The position numbers were made by a program, and so were the translations under genes. A stretch of DNA of 64,000 nt from the human T2T-CHM13v2.0 reference genome, Homo sapiens. Each line of letters starts with the position of its first letter. Position 1 is the first letter of the stretch. The notes under the pieces were generated by a model, which saw only the letters and a list, made by a program, of their open reading frames with translations, was not told where the DNA came from and did no database searches. Positions 43,914-57,254 of this stretch are shown in pieces. Location of the stretch: the NCBI RefSeq assembly GCF_009914755.1, contig NC_060931.1; one strand, written 5' to 3'.

Positions 43914-46776
43914 GCTCTTATGTGACAGGTTCACCCACTGTATTGTATGAGCCTTGAGCAGTACCTGGGACATGGTAGAATACTCAACAAATATTTGTGT
44001 CAAATGCATGAGTCTGGATAAGTGGAGGCCATCACCCGGGCTTCTGGTGTGGGTTAGTGAGCAGCTCCATTCCCCAAAAGAGGGAAAACGTGAGCAGAAG
44101 TGCTTGTAGAGAAAGTGCCTCAAACAGTACTACTCAGCTATTTGCTCTAGAAAAGATGATACAAGTATTCAAAATGACATTCTATTAATAGAAAGGAAAA
44201 CAAATCATGACTATGTGTGAAGCATTATTAGGTTGTATTCAATATTTTGTGTTTATATTAGTATTATAATACTTGGAATTTTAACCAGATATTTTTGTTA
44301 GAATAATTTTATCTAGCTGACTTCAATTTCTGGCAAAGACAAACAAGTTGTGATTTCAGATGGGCTGCTCCTGAAACTTGTGACTGACAATTGCAAAAAA
44401 TTACTTCCTTCCTCTTAGAGGGGAAAAATTACAGAGATTCTCTAAAAACATCTCCACTCTGACCAGCTATACATCTTTGAACTTCAAAAAATGAAACACA
44501 CAGCATTTCCATTTGGAATAATGAAAAATTTCTGGAACTAGATAGTGGTGATGGTTGCACAACATTTTGAATGTACTAAATACCACTGAAACATATACCT
44601 TAACATGTTTACTATGGCAAATTTTATGTTATGCGTACTTTACTGTAAAAAATTTTACACAAAACGTGTTCAGCAAAATTAAAAGTTTGACCACCTTAGG
44701 CAACTTAGTTAGATATTTTAGAAATGTGAGAAGCTTCACTCTGTTTGTGAGATTCTTTTGAAAATCACAGCAGCACAATGCTGTGGAGGTTTTTTCCGGC
44801 AACAACATTTGGAGCCCAACATCTGAGAAGGGAATGGAATTCAGGTTGTGTGTGACATGACTTTGAAAGTAAGAAAAAGACGGTCTAAGTAATAACAGAA
44901 AACAATCACTTCCCAAGCCTAAAGAAAAGGGCTGTCCTTGGTTCTCTCTCCATCTAATTCTATTTGCTTCTAGAGTTGTATTCTTAGAGAATTTGGATTC
45001 CCAATGCAATTCTGTATTTAAGAAAAGATATGGTCTATACAGTAGTTTTCAGCTTTGACCAACAAGAACACGTTTATTTATTATTTTCCTTCAGGGATTG
45101 CATGTGTTTGTAAGGTAATGTCTATTAAACAATATCAAAGTATACTTATTAAATAAAAATTAACTCATTTTCTATTTTTGACTTCTTAGTTATATTATAC
45201 ACATATACCCACTTATCTGGGTCACTGATTAACATTCTGCAGCCAGTAATACCACACTCAGTTGCTATAACTTCAGGTAAAAGCAAATAATTTACTTTCT
45301 GGTTATCTGTCAGTTTTTTCATCTATAAGTGCCTTTAGACATTTCAATGAAAATTTATTAGGTTTCTAAAATACTGAAAGTAGCCTTGGGCACCTCCATT
45401 GCTACCTTTCAGAATCCCTAAATAAAGATTCACCAGTCTAATGATTAGTGTTTATATCAGTTTATCTCAATGGAGAAGAAGCATCTACCTTTAAAGGACT
45501 TATCAAAATCACCTCAGGGACTTTTGCAAGCTACAGCGTATATTTCCTTGAGCTCCTGCAGAGAAACTGATATACCCTCCATAGAAACAGGGAAGATGGA
45601 ATCTTTTTCTTTTTCTTTCTTGAGAATTACTGCTATAACGAGCCTCTCTTACTGAAGAGAGTGTATTGTACCTTTCAAGGGTATTAGGACCAAGTAAAGT
45701 GTGAGAATCACATTGATTTATATAACTGTTTATGTGAGGCTTTCAGGACAAAACAAATTTCTAATAGCAAGTCATTGTCTCACAGCCTATACTGGATAAC
45801 ATGGGCCAAGAAACAACACATAAAGTGCTCCAATAAATTGATGAGAAAAGTATTTAATGTCCATGAAAAAAAAAAAAAGCAACAAAAATAGAGGGGAAAC
45901 TAAAGTTACTGACACATATGGGGGGAAATGTTTTGACCTCACCAAAAACTGAAAAAGGTAAAATGTAAACTGCACCATGAGTTTGGTTTGCTCTGGCTAA
46001 GATGAATAACAATGATAAGATTTACCCTCCCTGCCTGAAGCAAATGAAAAATGGACAAACTATAGGAAACAATGATTTGCATGACACTGGATATCAGTCA
46101 GTGAAGGACAGTGATCCCTGAGAGATGGAAGCAAACAAGGCAAGCTCACTGCATTGAGAAAATTTCCAGGTCACAACTCCTGCAGAGAGATTCAGGCAGA
46201 GTCTAGCAGACTCCTGAGTTGAAAGATGGAGCAGAAAGTCCAGGAAGACCAAGGCATCCAGAACCTGCAGGATGGAGTAATGAGATGGAGAAAGCTGAAC
46301 AGAGAGAGAATTCCAGAAATCTGCAGGAGGCTGGCTCTCTGTCAGTCTTTAGCTGAGCACTAATCAGCAAATGCACAGGAGGAGACCGCCAGAGGCCAGG
46401 GGAAGAATCTCCTGAAAGGATTGAGGTGAACAGTGCCTGGAGCTCAAGTAGCACAGGACTCACTGGCCAGACTGGAGAAGCTCATGATTCATGGGACATT
46501 ACATAATGTATTCAGAAGGACTTAACTCGGTGGTGGAAAATTAGTCCTCAGCTGAAACAATGCTCCAGTCCTGTCTAACAAACCTTAAAAGCAAGACCCC
46601 AAAGCATCAAACTATTTCCAAGTAATCTAACTGAATCCTGGAATAAAGCTCAAGACCATCACGTGAATACAAAAATATTCAGTACCCAACAAGGTAAAAT
46701 TCACAATGTCTAGAATGCAACCAAAAATTAAACAAGTGTGCAAGGAAGAAAGAAAAATACTCACAATGAGGAGATA

Positions 46777-47109
46777 ACTTCTTTCAGCTTTTTTTACCTC
46801 TTGCCTGTCTAAAATAGTCTTTAATTGGCTTTCAATTTTGAAAGATATTTTCTCTGGGTACAGAATTCCATGTTAATAGTGTTTTTCTTTCAGTATTTTA
46901 AATATCTTGCTCTTTTCTCACTTGAATTTGTTCCTAGTGACATAGCTGCTGTCATCCTTATTTTTTTTTCTTCTACATGTAGCATATCTTTTTTCTTCTG
47001 GCTGATTTTAAGATTTTTTTTTCTTTATCACTGGTTTTGAACAATTCCATTATAATATGCCTCGCTGTCATTTTTCTCATGTTTCCTGTACTCAGGGTTA
47101 ATTGGGATT
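46777..47109 (-). repeat. Inverted duplicate of 47562-47886 (L1 ORF1 relic)
   Basis: Reverse complement aligns end to end at about 90% by manual comparison, e.g. ttatcactggttttgaacaattc / gaattgttcaaaaccagtgataa. Confidence 0.93.
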
Positions 47110-49279
47110 AATACAGGTGATTAATCTAACACAAATGTTAGAATTAGGAACTAAAAGCAATAAAACAATTATTATAACAATATTCCATATATTTAAAAAG
47201 TTAGAGACATAGAGGACATAAAAAAAGATACAATATCAAACTTGTAGAGATGATACTACAATGTGTGAGATGAAAAACACACTGGATGGGATTAACAGCA
47301 GGGCATGCATTACAGTAGAATGGTATTAGTGAATTTGAAGACACAGCAATAGAAACTTCACAATACAATGAGAGAAAGAGAGTCAGAAAAATAAAGAGTA
47401 TCAGGGATCTGTGGGACAACCTCAAGCAGCTGAATGTACCTGAAATGGGAGTCACCATGTGTGCAGAGTCAGGGGGAAAACAGAAGAAATATTATTTTTA
47501 TGTGGAACAATGGTTCAAACTTTTTCAAATTTGATGAAAACTATAAACCTACATATCTAAGAATCCTAACTAACCCTGAGCACAGGAAACATGAGAAAAA
47601 TGACAGCAAGACATATTATAATAGAATTGTTCAAAACCAGTGATAAAGAAAAAAAAATCTTAAAATTAGCCAGAGGAAAAAAAGATATGCTACGTGTAGA
47701 AAAAAATAATAAGGATGACAGCAGCTATGTCACCGGGAAAAAATTCAAGTGAGAAGAGAAAAGAACAAGATATTGAAAGAAAAGCACTATTAAACTGGAA
47801 TTCTATACCCAGAGAAAATATCTTTCAAAATTGAAAGCCTATTAAAGACTTTTAGACAGGCAACAGATTAAAAAGCTGAAGGAATTGATTACCACCAGGT
47901 CCACACTACAAGAAATGCTAAGAAAGTCTTCAGACACAAAAGAAATGATATAAGATTGAAATACAAAGAAATGATGAGATTAAAAATGGAACTCTGTGGG
48001 TAAATGAATTTTTTTCATCACTTAAATCTCTTTAAAAGATGTAGGCTGTTTAAGTAAAAATAATGGCAATGGACAGTGGGCTTTCTGCCATTTGTACCAG
48101 TGAAGTGTATGGCAATAATAGCACAAAAGTCAAATAAAAAGAAATTGAAGTTGTTTCTTACCCTATATCTAAAGTAGTAAAATATCACTTGAATGTTGAC
48201 TGATATATTTTTTAAAATCAGTAAGAATATGGAAGATTTGAACAATACTATTAGCCAACTTGACCTTGTTGACATTTACAGAATACTCCATGCAACAAGA
48301 GCAGAATACACATTCTTCTCAAGTACACACAATATTTACTGCGGTAGGCTATTTTCTGGGTATAAAGCAAATCTCAATAAATTCAAAAGGATTCGAGTCA
48401 TACTGAGTATGTTCTCTGACCACAGTGGAAATGAGTAAGAAGACATAAACATCTTTAGAAAAGTCTTAAAATATATGGAAACTAAATATTCCACTTCTAA
48501 ACAACCCATGGATGAAAAAAGAAATCAAAAAAAATTAGAACATGTATTCAACCAAATGACAATGAAAATGCAAAATGCTAGAATTTGTGTGCTACTGTTA
48601 AAGTAGTATTTAGAGAGGAATTTACAACAATTATTGCAGTTTTTAGGGGATAGTTTAGGTCTATATTAGAAAAGAATAAATATCTCAAATCAGTGATCTC
48701 AGCTTCAACCTTAAGTGACAAGAAAAAGAAGAGCAAGTTAAACCCAAAATAAAAGAAAATAAATAATAAAGATCAGAGCAAGAATTAATGAAATAGAAAA
48801 TGAAAAAACAATAAAGTCAATAAAATTAAAAAGCCTAGTTTTTTGATATCAATCAAATTGATTAACCACTAGCCAGATTGATTAGTCAAAAAAGAAAGAA
48901 GTTACAAATTACCCGAATCTGGAATGTGGGAGGTGGCATCACTGCAAATTCTACAAATACTAAAGGATAACAGTTGAATATTAGGAACAATTTTAAGCCA
49001 ATAAATTCAACAACTTAGATTAAATAGACAAATTCCTCAATAGACACAAATTATCAAAGCTCACTCAGGAAGAAATACATACCTGAATTGCCCTATAACT
49101 ATTAAAGAATTGAAATTGTAGTTGAAAAATATTTTGACAAAGAAAACTCTAGGCCCACATGGCTTCTTTGGTGAAATCCACCAAACAAGTAAGGAAGAAA
49201 TAATATTAATTCCATACCAACTTTTCCAGAAAACATTACATTAATACCAAAACCAAAGACATTAGAAACTTATACATCT

Positions 49280-49555
49280 GTCAAGTGCGGTGACTCACAC
49301 CTGTAATCCTAGCACTTTGGGAGGCTGAGGTGGGCGGGTGGCTTGAGCCCAGGAGTTTGAGACCAGCCTGAGCAACTTAGTGAAACCGTGTCTCTACAAA
49401 AAATACAAAAATTAGCCAGGCACAGTGGTGCACACCTGTGGTCCTGATCGCTTGAACCTGGGAGGTGGAGGGTGCAGGGAGCTGAGATCATGCCACTGCA
49501 TTCCAGCCTGGGTGACAGAGCGAGACCCTGCCTCAAAAACAAAAAACAAAAAAAC
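49280..49555 (+). mobile_element. AluJ-like with a small right-arm deletion
   Basis: gcttgagcccaggagtttgagaccagcctgagcaac; cctgtggtcct|gatcgcttgaacc. Confidence 0.92.
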
Positions 49556-51514
49556 TATAGACCAATATCCCTCATAAACATAAAGGCAAAAGTTCAGCAA
49601 ATTGAACACAACAATATTTTTTAAAACGATAATACATCATAGCCAACTGAGATCTATCCCAGTATGCACATTTGGCTGAATATTAAAAAATTTTTAATGT
49701 AATTGACTGTATTAGCAAACTTTGAAAAAGAAAAAACCTTTGATTATCTCAAAAGATGCAGAGCAAACATATAGACAAAATTCAATACCCATTTCCAATA
49801 AAAACGCTCAGCAAATTGGGAGTAGAAGAGGACTTCTTCAGCGTGATAAAGAGCATCTAGAAAAACCTATAGATAAATATCATACTTAATGGTAAAGTAT
49901 GAATCTTTCCCACTAAGATCAGGAAAAAGACAAGGATGTCTATTCTCACCTCTTCTACACAATATTTTACTAGAGGTTCCAGCCAGTACATTACGGCAAG
50001 AAAAAGAAATAAAGTAACCATATTTGAAAGGAAGAAGCAAAACTGTCTATATTTGCAGACAACATGATTATCTATGGGGAAAATCTGGTGGAATCTACAA
50101 AAAATTTTAAAAACTAGTAGAACTAAAAAGTGAGTTCAGTAAGGTTACAGGACTCCAGGTCAATATACAAAGTCTAGTATATTTCTATATACCAGCAACA
50201 AACAATCAGAAATTGAAATTTTAAAAAATATTTACAGTAGCATCAAAAAGTATTAAATACTTAAGAGTAAATATGGCAAAAGATATGCAAGTCTTGTACA
50301 CTGAAAACTACAAAACATTTCTGTGGGAAATTAAAGAAGACCTCAGTAAATGTAAAAATATATCTAGTGCTTGGGTCAGAAGACTCAATATTGGTAATAC
50401 GTCAACTCTTCCCAAATTAAACCATAAATTCAACATGATCCAGGCAAAAATCTCAGTAGGTTTTTTTTTTTTCTTAAATTGAAAAAAAACAGACTCTAAA
50501 ATCACCTGGAAATGCAAAGGGCTCACAATAGTCAAAACCACTTGGAGAAAAACAAAATTGGAGGACCAACAGTACCTTATTTCAAGATCTATGTTAAAGC
50601 CGCACTAATCAAGACAATCTGATATTGCTGTAAAAACAAAGATAGATGAGAGAGAGAGAGAAACATAGAGAGTCCACAAATAGAACTACATATAGCAGCA
50701 ACTAATTTTTAACAAAGTGCAAAAGCAATTCAGCAGAAAAATGATACTTTTTTGACAAAATATGACAATTTTAAAAACTAATAAAAATATAAAACTTCAT
50801 GAAGAAAACATAGATGCAAACTTATCTGACTTTGGATTATGCAACAATTTTTAAAACATGACTTCAAAAGCATAATCTATAAATGAACAAATTTAACAAT
50901 TGGACTTCTTCAACCTATAAATGAACAAATAAAAAAATTACACTTGTTCCTCAAAAGATACTGTTAGGGAATAAATAGACAAGCCATATACTGGGAAATG
51001 TCTTTGCAAAGCAGACAGTCCTATATTTGATATACGACTTGTATATTGAATATAAATAGAATTCTCAAAATATAATACTAAAAAGAAATAATCCGATGAA
51101 AACTAGGTAAAAGACTTTGACAGACACTTCACCAAAGAAAACATACAAATGGCAAGTAAGCACATGACAAGATGTTCAATATCATTCGTCTTCAGGAAAA
51201 TAAAATTAGAACTACAATGAGATACCACTACACACCTATTAGACTGTCTAAAACTAAGTACTGGTAAGGATAACAAATTAAATATTGGTATGAATGTGGA
51301 GGAACTAAAGTCTCACGTGCTAGAAAGAATATAAAATGACCCAACTATCTTAGAAAAACAATTTAACAGTTTCTTAAAAACTTAAACTAACACCTATCCT
51401 ATGATCCAGCCATTTTACTCCTAGGTATTTGACAAAGAAAAATGAAAATATACATATGCATGTTTTCATATATATGTGCGTGTATATACATATGTACATG
51501 TATATATACAAATA

Positions 51515-51870
51515 TGTATTAGTCCGTTTTTATGCTGCTGATGAAGATATACTCGAAAATGGGAAGAAAAAGAGGTTTAATTGGACTTAGAGTTCCACAT
51601 GGCTGGAGAGGCTTCAGAATCATGGCAGGAGGCAAAAGGCACTTCTTACATGGCGGCAGCAAGAAAAAAAATGAGGAGGAAGCAAACGCTGAAACCCCTG
51701 ATAAACCCATCAGATCTCATCAGACTTATTCACTATCACGAGAATAGCACAGGAAAGGCCGGCCCCAATAATTCAATTACCTCCCCCTGGGTCCCTCTCA
51801 CAACACGTGGGAATTCTGGGAGATACAATTCAAGCTGAGATTTGGGTAGCAACACAGCCAAACTATATCA
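51515..51870 (-). mobile_element. THE1 (A/B-like) solo LTR inside a (TA/TG)n tract
   Basis: tgtattagtccgttttt...gggaagaaaaagaggtttaattggactt...cacagccaaactatatca; TSD aaata/acata. Confidence 0.92.
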
Positions 51871-53223
51871 ACATATATATGCATATGAACATATGTATAT
51901 ATACACAAAAACTTGTATACAAATAAAATTTATAGCAGATTTATTTGTAATAATCAAAATCTAGGAAAAAAACAAATGTCCACCAACAGATGGTATATCC
52001 ACACAATGGACTACCCACTCATCAACAGAAAGGAAAGAATTATTGACACATGCTACAACACAGAAGTATCTCAATATAATAATGCTTAATGAAATAAGCA
52101 AGATTAAAAAGTGCATACTTTATGATTTCATCCATATAGACTCCTAGGAAATGTGAAGTAAGGAATAATGACAGAAGCAGATCAGTGGTTGCCTGGGAAT
52201 GGTATAGGGAGTACAAAGCAAGGACCAGCAGGAGGGAGAAAGGAGTGTGAGGAAACCTGGGTATGATGGATATACTTATTATCTTGATTATGGTGATGGT
52301 TTCACAGGTGATACAGATCTTTAACGCACAGAATCGTATGTGTTTAATTTTAAATTTATACAGTTTATTGTATGTCAATTATAGCTCAATAAAGGTATCA
52401 AAAGCTGCACTGTGATATTTTTGTTTATGGAAAGAGCAATTATTATTAAAATGATTGTACTCAGTGCAGGTAAGCATGGAATGTGAAGGACACGCCTATA
52501 TACAACTGTTTTGAGCAACATTGGTATAACTTTTCTGCAGGGAATTTGGCAAATATAAAAGCAAGTGTAAATAAGTTCATATTCTATATCTCAGTAACAT
52601 CATTTTCTAAGTGTTCATATCTGAAAATATGAACAAAAATAACTAAAAACCTGTTAGTCATGATGTTATTTATAATTTTAAATTTTTAAAATAAGGAAGT
52701 CACAAATAAATCATCACAAAGTCATTCAAGAGAATGTTACTCAACCATTAAAATTATGCTAAGAAAGAGTTTAATAATATGGGAAACTAAAATAAATTTC
52801 AAAACTAGGATATAAAACTACATATAAAGTTTAATGTTACACATACACACACACAAATATACGCATATGTATATTTTTTAATGTGAGTAAGAAATGTTTC
52901 CTAGTATGGAAAGAAATATACCAAAAGGTAAATAGTGATTGTTTCTGAACGGTGACTTCAAATTCTTTTTTCATACATTTCCATATTTTCTATAGTAAGC
53001 ATGTATTACTTTTATAAATTCAAACATTCTTCTTTAAAAGAGGTAAGAAGGTAGTTTTTTAAATAATGGCAGAATAGGCATCTGATATTCATCTTACCAT
53101 TATCTTTGCTGCTAATGCTGCCATTTGTAAAACAACTATTCCCTAAAATGACGGAAGCTTTAACTATTATAAATAAAATGTATTAAATTTTGATTGGATC
53201 ATTAAGCATTCATTCCTGATTGA

Positions 53224-53586
<363 letters not shown>

Positions 53587-53842
53587 TAATATATACACAA
53601 CTAATCATCACTAAATAATGAGAAACGTTGGCTCTATCAAAGAAAGTGAGCAAAGGAATAAAATAGGTCTACAGAACTATAGTCAACAAATATATTAAAG
53701 GAGTCTATCTTAATTAATAATCAAACAAAAGCAAATTTAAACATCAGTGAGTGCCATTTTTCAATCCATCAAGTTGGCAAAGTTTTAAAAATCCAATCCT
53801 CAAAATTGGCAAATGTGCAGGGAGGTAAGCACTCACCAATGC

Positions 53843-54195
53843 TATCTTTGTCCATCCAGGCTGCTATTACAGAATACTATAAACAATAAAAATTCATCTC
53901 CCCACAGTTGTTGTAGGGAGAGAAGTTCAAGATCAAGGAGCCTGCAAATTTGGTGTTTGGTGAGGGACAACTTTTCTGGTTCATAGACGGTGCCTACTTT
54001 CTGTGTCCTCACATGATAAAAGGAGTGAAGGGTTCTCTCTGCAGGCCACTTTTATGAGGGCACTAATGTGTTTCATGAGGACTCCACCCCATGCCTAATC
54101 ACCTCCCAAAGGCCCACCTCCTAATATCATCACCTTGGGGGTTAGGATTTCAACATGTGAATTTCAAGGGGAACACAAACATTCAGACCATAGCA
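53843..54195 (-). mobile_element. MLT1A/MLT1A0 solo LTR inside an L1ME relic
   Basis: ...cctaatcacctcccaaaggcccacctcctaatatcatcaccttggggg...cacaaacattcagaccatagca; TSD aatgc/aatac. Confidence 0.88.
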
Positions 54196-54929
54196 AATAC
54201 CATTGGAGAGTGCATTAAAACAGTATACATTTTCTTGAAAACAATGACTCAAAGATTTGTGCAAGGAAATATGTTTATCAAAGCATCATTTGTAACAAAA
54301 AGATCAGAAACAACCCAAATACCCAATAATAGGGATAATTAAAATAATTATGGTGCATTCATGCCATAGAACATTTTAAGGCTGTTAAAAATCAGGTATT
54401 TAAAGAATAATTAGAAACAAGGAAAATTGCTTATGAAACAGTGCTGAATTTAAAAAGAACTAAGTAAGTACATGACCCAATTATGTTCAATATGGAGACA
54501 AAGAGAGAAAGAGAGAGAAACTGGGGAGCAGAAGGGAATAAAACCAGAAGGAAATATCCACATGTATTATCAATGATTAATCTCTGCTGAGGGGAGGGAG
54601 AATATTATTAGTAATTTATTTCTATAAGTATATATATACACTTATCTGTGTCTCCAAATTTTCTTTCTTTTATTATTAGAAAGGTTAATGTTACTGAATT
54701 TTAAGAAAAAAATAAAAAATTGGGGAGTGAAAAAAGAAAAGTAGAGAAGCTTAATGACTGCCAATGTGTATCTTCAGTCTTACTTATCCCTCAAACCCTG
54801 CCAGTATTCACAACTGAGCATACCCTCTCAGATGTCCACAGATATTTAAATTAAGAAGCACACAATTAAGCTCCTCATCTTTTCCCACAAATTTGTACTT
54901 CTTGTTAATCTTATTTAATAAGATCCCCC

Positions 54930-55340
54930 ATTCATTAATTTATTTATTTAACAAATATATATTGAATGTGCACTATGTGGCAGGCACAGTAACAGGGAGT
55001 GTGGGGGGCAGTGCAACAATGAATAATGAATAAGATGTGGACCCTTCCTTCAAGAATCTTCTGGTGTTGTGATTAAGATAGACAATCATGCTATGTCATA
55101 CAATATAACGTAAGTGTTATGTAATGGGAATTTGAAGAAGATGCCACAAAAGTACAGAGGAAAGACAACTAAACTAGCCTCAGATGCTTATAAAAGTCTT
55201 TCTACAGCAAATAAGATATAAACTGAGTCCCAAAGATAGAGAAGAGTCATTTAAGAAGGGGCCTGATCATAAAAATCCTTGAAAACCATTAAGGAATTGG
55301 GATTTTATTCTGTATCCGTGAGATACTGTTAAAGGGTTTT
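54930..55340 (-). mobile_element. L2 fragment
   Basis: tttaacaaatatatattgaatgtgcactatgtggcaggcacagt...ttaaggaattgggattttattctg. Confidence 0.7.
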
Positions 55341-55349
55341 CACTAGCAC

Positions 55350-56240
55350 TAAGTACTCCTATATCCATGCAGTTACAGATTCTGAGAAACAGAGCTTCCT
55401 CTCCCCCAGATGCCCAAGTCTACTCAGTGGACTCAGAGTCATGGCTGAGCCACATGGCTTCTAAATGAGAACGGATATCACTTGCTCTTGTGACCATTAC
55501 TGGCCTCTGCCATATTGCAGCTTCACCACGGTGGCTGGTAACTGTGCCAAAGATCTGTGAATGTCGCCATCTGAGTTGGGGCACACATTCCTCTTTGCAA
55601 TCACACTAGCCTCTGATGCATTCAACCCTTATAATGCCTCTCCTGCTGGTCAGTCTATTGTGAAATAAAAGTGAAAAGTTCTCCTTTCTGTGGTTATGCT
55701 TTGTGGGGAGGGGGTCGGAAGGAGGGGATGGTGTCCCACAGCAGGGTGGCCCAGGAAGAGATATCACAGAGTTTAGTATCACTGTTCTATTGTTTGCACA
55801 CCTAGCCATTTTGTCCTTGGGGAGCACGCCCACCAGAGTGATTGGATCAGAAGTTTCAAGTAATGACCACCATGACTCATTGCTGCCCTCCAACACTTAG
55901 AACCTGTTGCATAGTCTGGATATTTATGCCAAATTCTTTCTTCCATCAGGTGGCTTGCTCTCAGGAGAACTTCAGTCACTCATTTTGATGTGGCTTGTTT
56001 AAGATATCCCAGAGTCTGCCACATGACATGTATCTGAATGCCACTTATAGAAACCCTTTGAGTCCTTTTCCTAGCAATTTTCTAAAGCCCCCTTGCATCA
56101 ACAGGGCTAAATGGATACCAGAAATTTGTGGTGAAGTGGAATCTGCTGGTTCCATTTACCAGCTATATCTCAGTTATGGACCAAACAAGACACAAATTGA
56201 TCCTTACACAGTGAAAAGTTTGAAGGCTACAGACCAGATG
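55350..56240 (-). mobile_element. Ancient LTR-retroelement internal (pol connection/RNase H) relic, ERVL- or Gypsy-like
   Basis: Minus-strand translation WWSLLETSDPITL and a downstream SHLEAMWL weakly resemble retroviral connection/RNase H motifs; very degraded. Confidence 0.4.
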
Positions 56241-56661
56241 GGAAGTGGAATTTAAGATGCTTTTTCCCTCTAGTTTCTTATTTTCATTTTCTAAGTTTTT
56301 TCTCAGAAACCATAGTAACTTGTACAAAATGTTCATAAAAATAAATAAGCACTACTATGATTAAAAAAACAAAAAGAATAGGGTGGGTGTTGTAAGGGAT
56401 TTGGGAAACAAGCATTCTCATATAACTTGGAAGGGAGTGAATTGCCTTTGAAGGTCATTTGGCAATATCCATCAAAACTTTGCTATATTCTATGCCCATC
56501 AATCTATCCCACAGGTATATTCTCTTAAAGCTACGCAAGGCAGCATAAGTTGTAGTAGCAAAAACCACAAATATCCTAAAAGTTCATCACCAGGGGAACG
56601 ACTAAGTACATTCTGGTATATTCATGTCAAGGATGTGGCGCTAAATATGAGAAACAGATTT

Positions 56662-56984
56662 CTGTCTTAGTCCATTTTCTGTTGCTTATAACAGAATATC
56701 GGAAACTGGGTAATTTACAAGGAAAAGGAATTTAATTCTTATGGAGGCTGAGAAGACCATGATTAGAGGGACACTTCTGGTGAGGAACTTCTTGCTGATG
56801 GGGACTCTACAGAATCCGGAGGTAGCGCTACCTCAGGTCTCTCCTCCTCTTCTCTTCTCTAACCAACCCCACCCACTGTCTTATGGTGCTGATGTTCCTC
56901 TTCTTATAAAGCCACCAGTCCCACTCTCTTGATAACCCATTAACCCATTAATCCATGCATGGATTAATTCATTCATGAGGGCTC
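56662..56984 (-). mobile_element. MST (MSTB/C-like) LTR, truncated
   Basis: tgtcttagtccattttctgttgcttataacagaata...cttataaagccaccagtcccact...attcatgagggc, then homology stops. Confidence 0.85.
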
Positions 56985-57133
56985 CACCCACTGCTAGACT
57001 TACTCTCTGCCTTTTACTTCAAAACACCCTTTACTTCCCCTTTCCTAAAATTCATTAGAATTATCACTACTTGACAGTTGTCTCTCTGCTACTGCACTAT
57101 AAGTTCAATGATAAAAGGGGTCTTTTGCAAATA

Positions 57134-57250
57134 TAGCCCTGCCCGACATAAAGACATTTTTGTCAATGACAGACTGCATATATGACAGTCTGTAAGATTA
57201 TAATGGAACGTTTCTATCATATTTCTACTGTACTTTTTCTATGTTTAGAG
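57134..57250. mobile_element. Tigger3-type MITE, one terminus only
   Basis: gacatttttgtcaatgacagactgcatatatgacag...aagattataat...tactgtactttttctatgtttaga. Confidence 0.7.
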
Positions 57251-57254
57251 AGGT

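Larger units (their letters stand above)
45985..52400 (+). mobile_element. Near full-length degraded old L1 (L1ME1-type): 5' region, ORF1 relic about 47150-47950, ORF2 relic about 48190-51440, 3' UTR
   Basis: ORF 48193-48438 translates as an L1 endonuclease relic (DLVDIYRILH...EYTFFSS...FSDH); RT-region relic atatttgcagacaacatg; 3' end ttgtatgtcaattatagctcaataaag; many stops. Confidence 0.85.

Noticed and set aside
46777-47109. Twin-priming 5' inversion of the L1
   Set aside because: The segment is duplicated rather than only inverted, L1 5' sequence continues in sense upstream, and copy identity implies it postdates the insertion.
56947-56968. Perfect 22-bp palindrome attaatccatgcatggattaat
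   Set aside because: MST LTRs carry a near-palindrome here as I recall the consensus, so a single substitution explains it.
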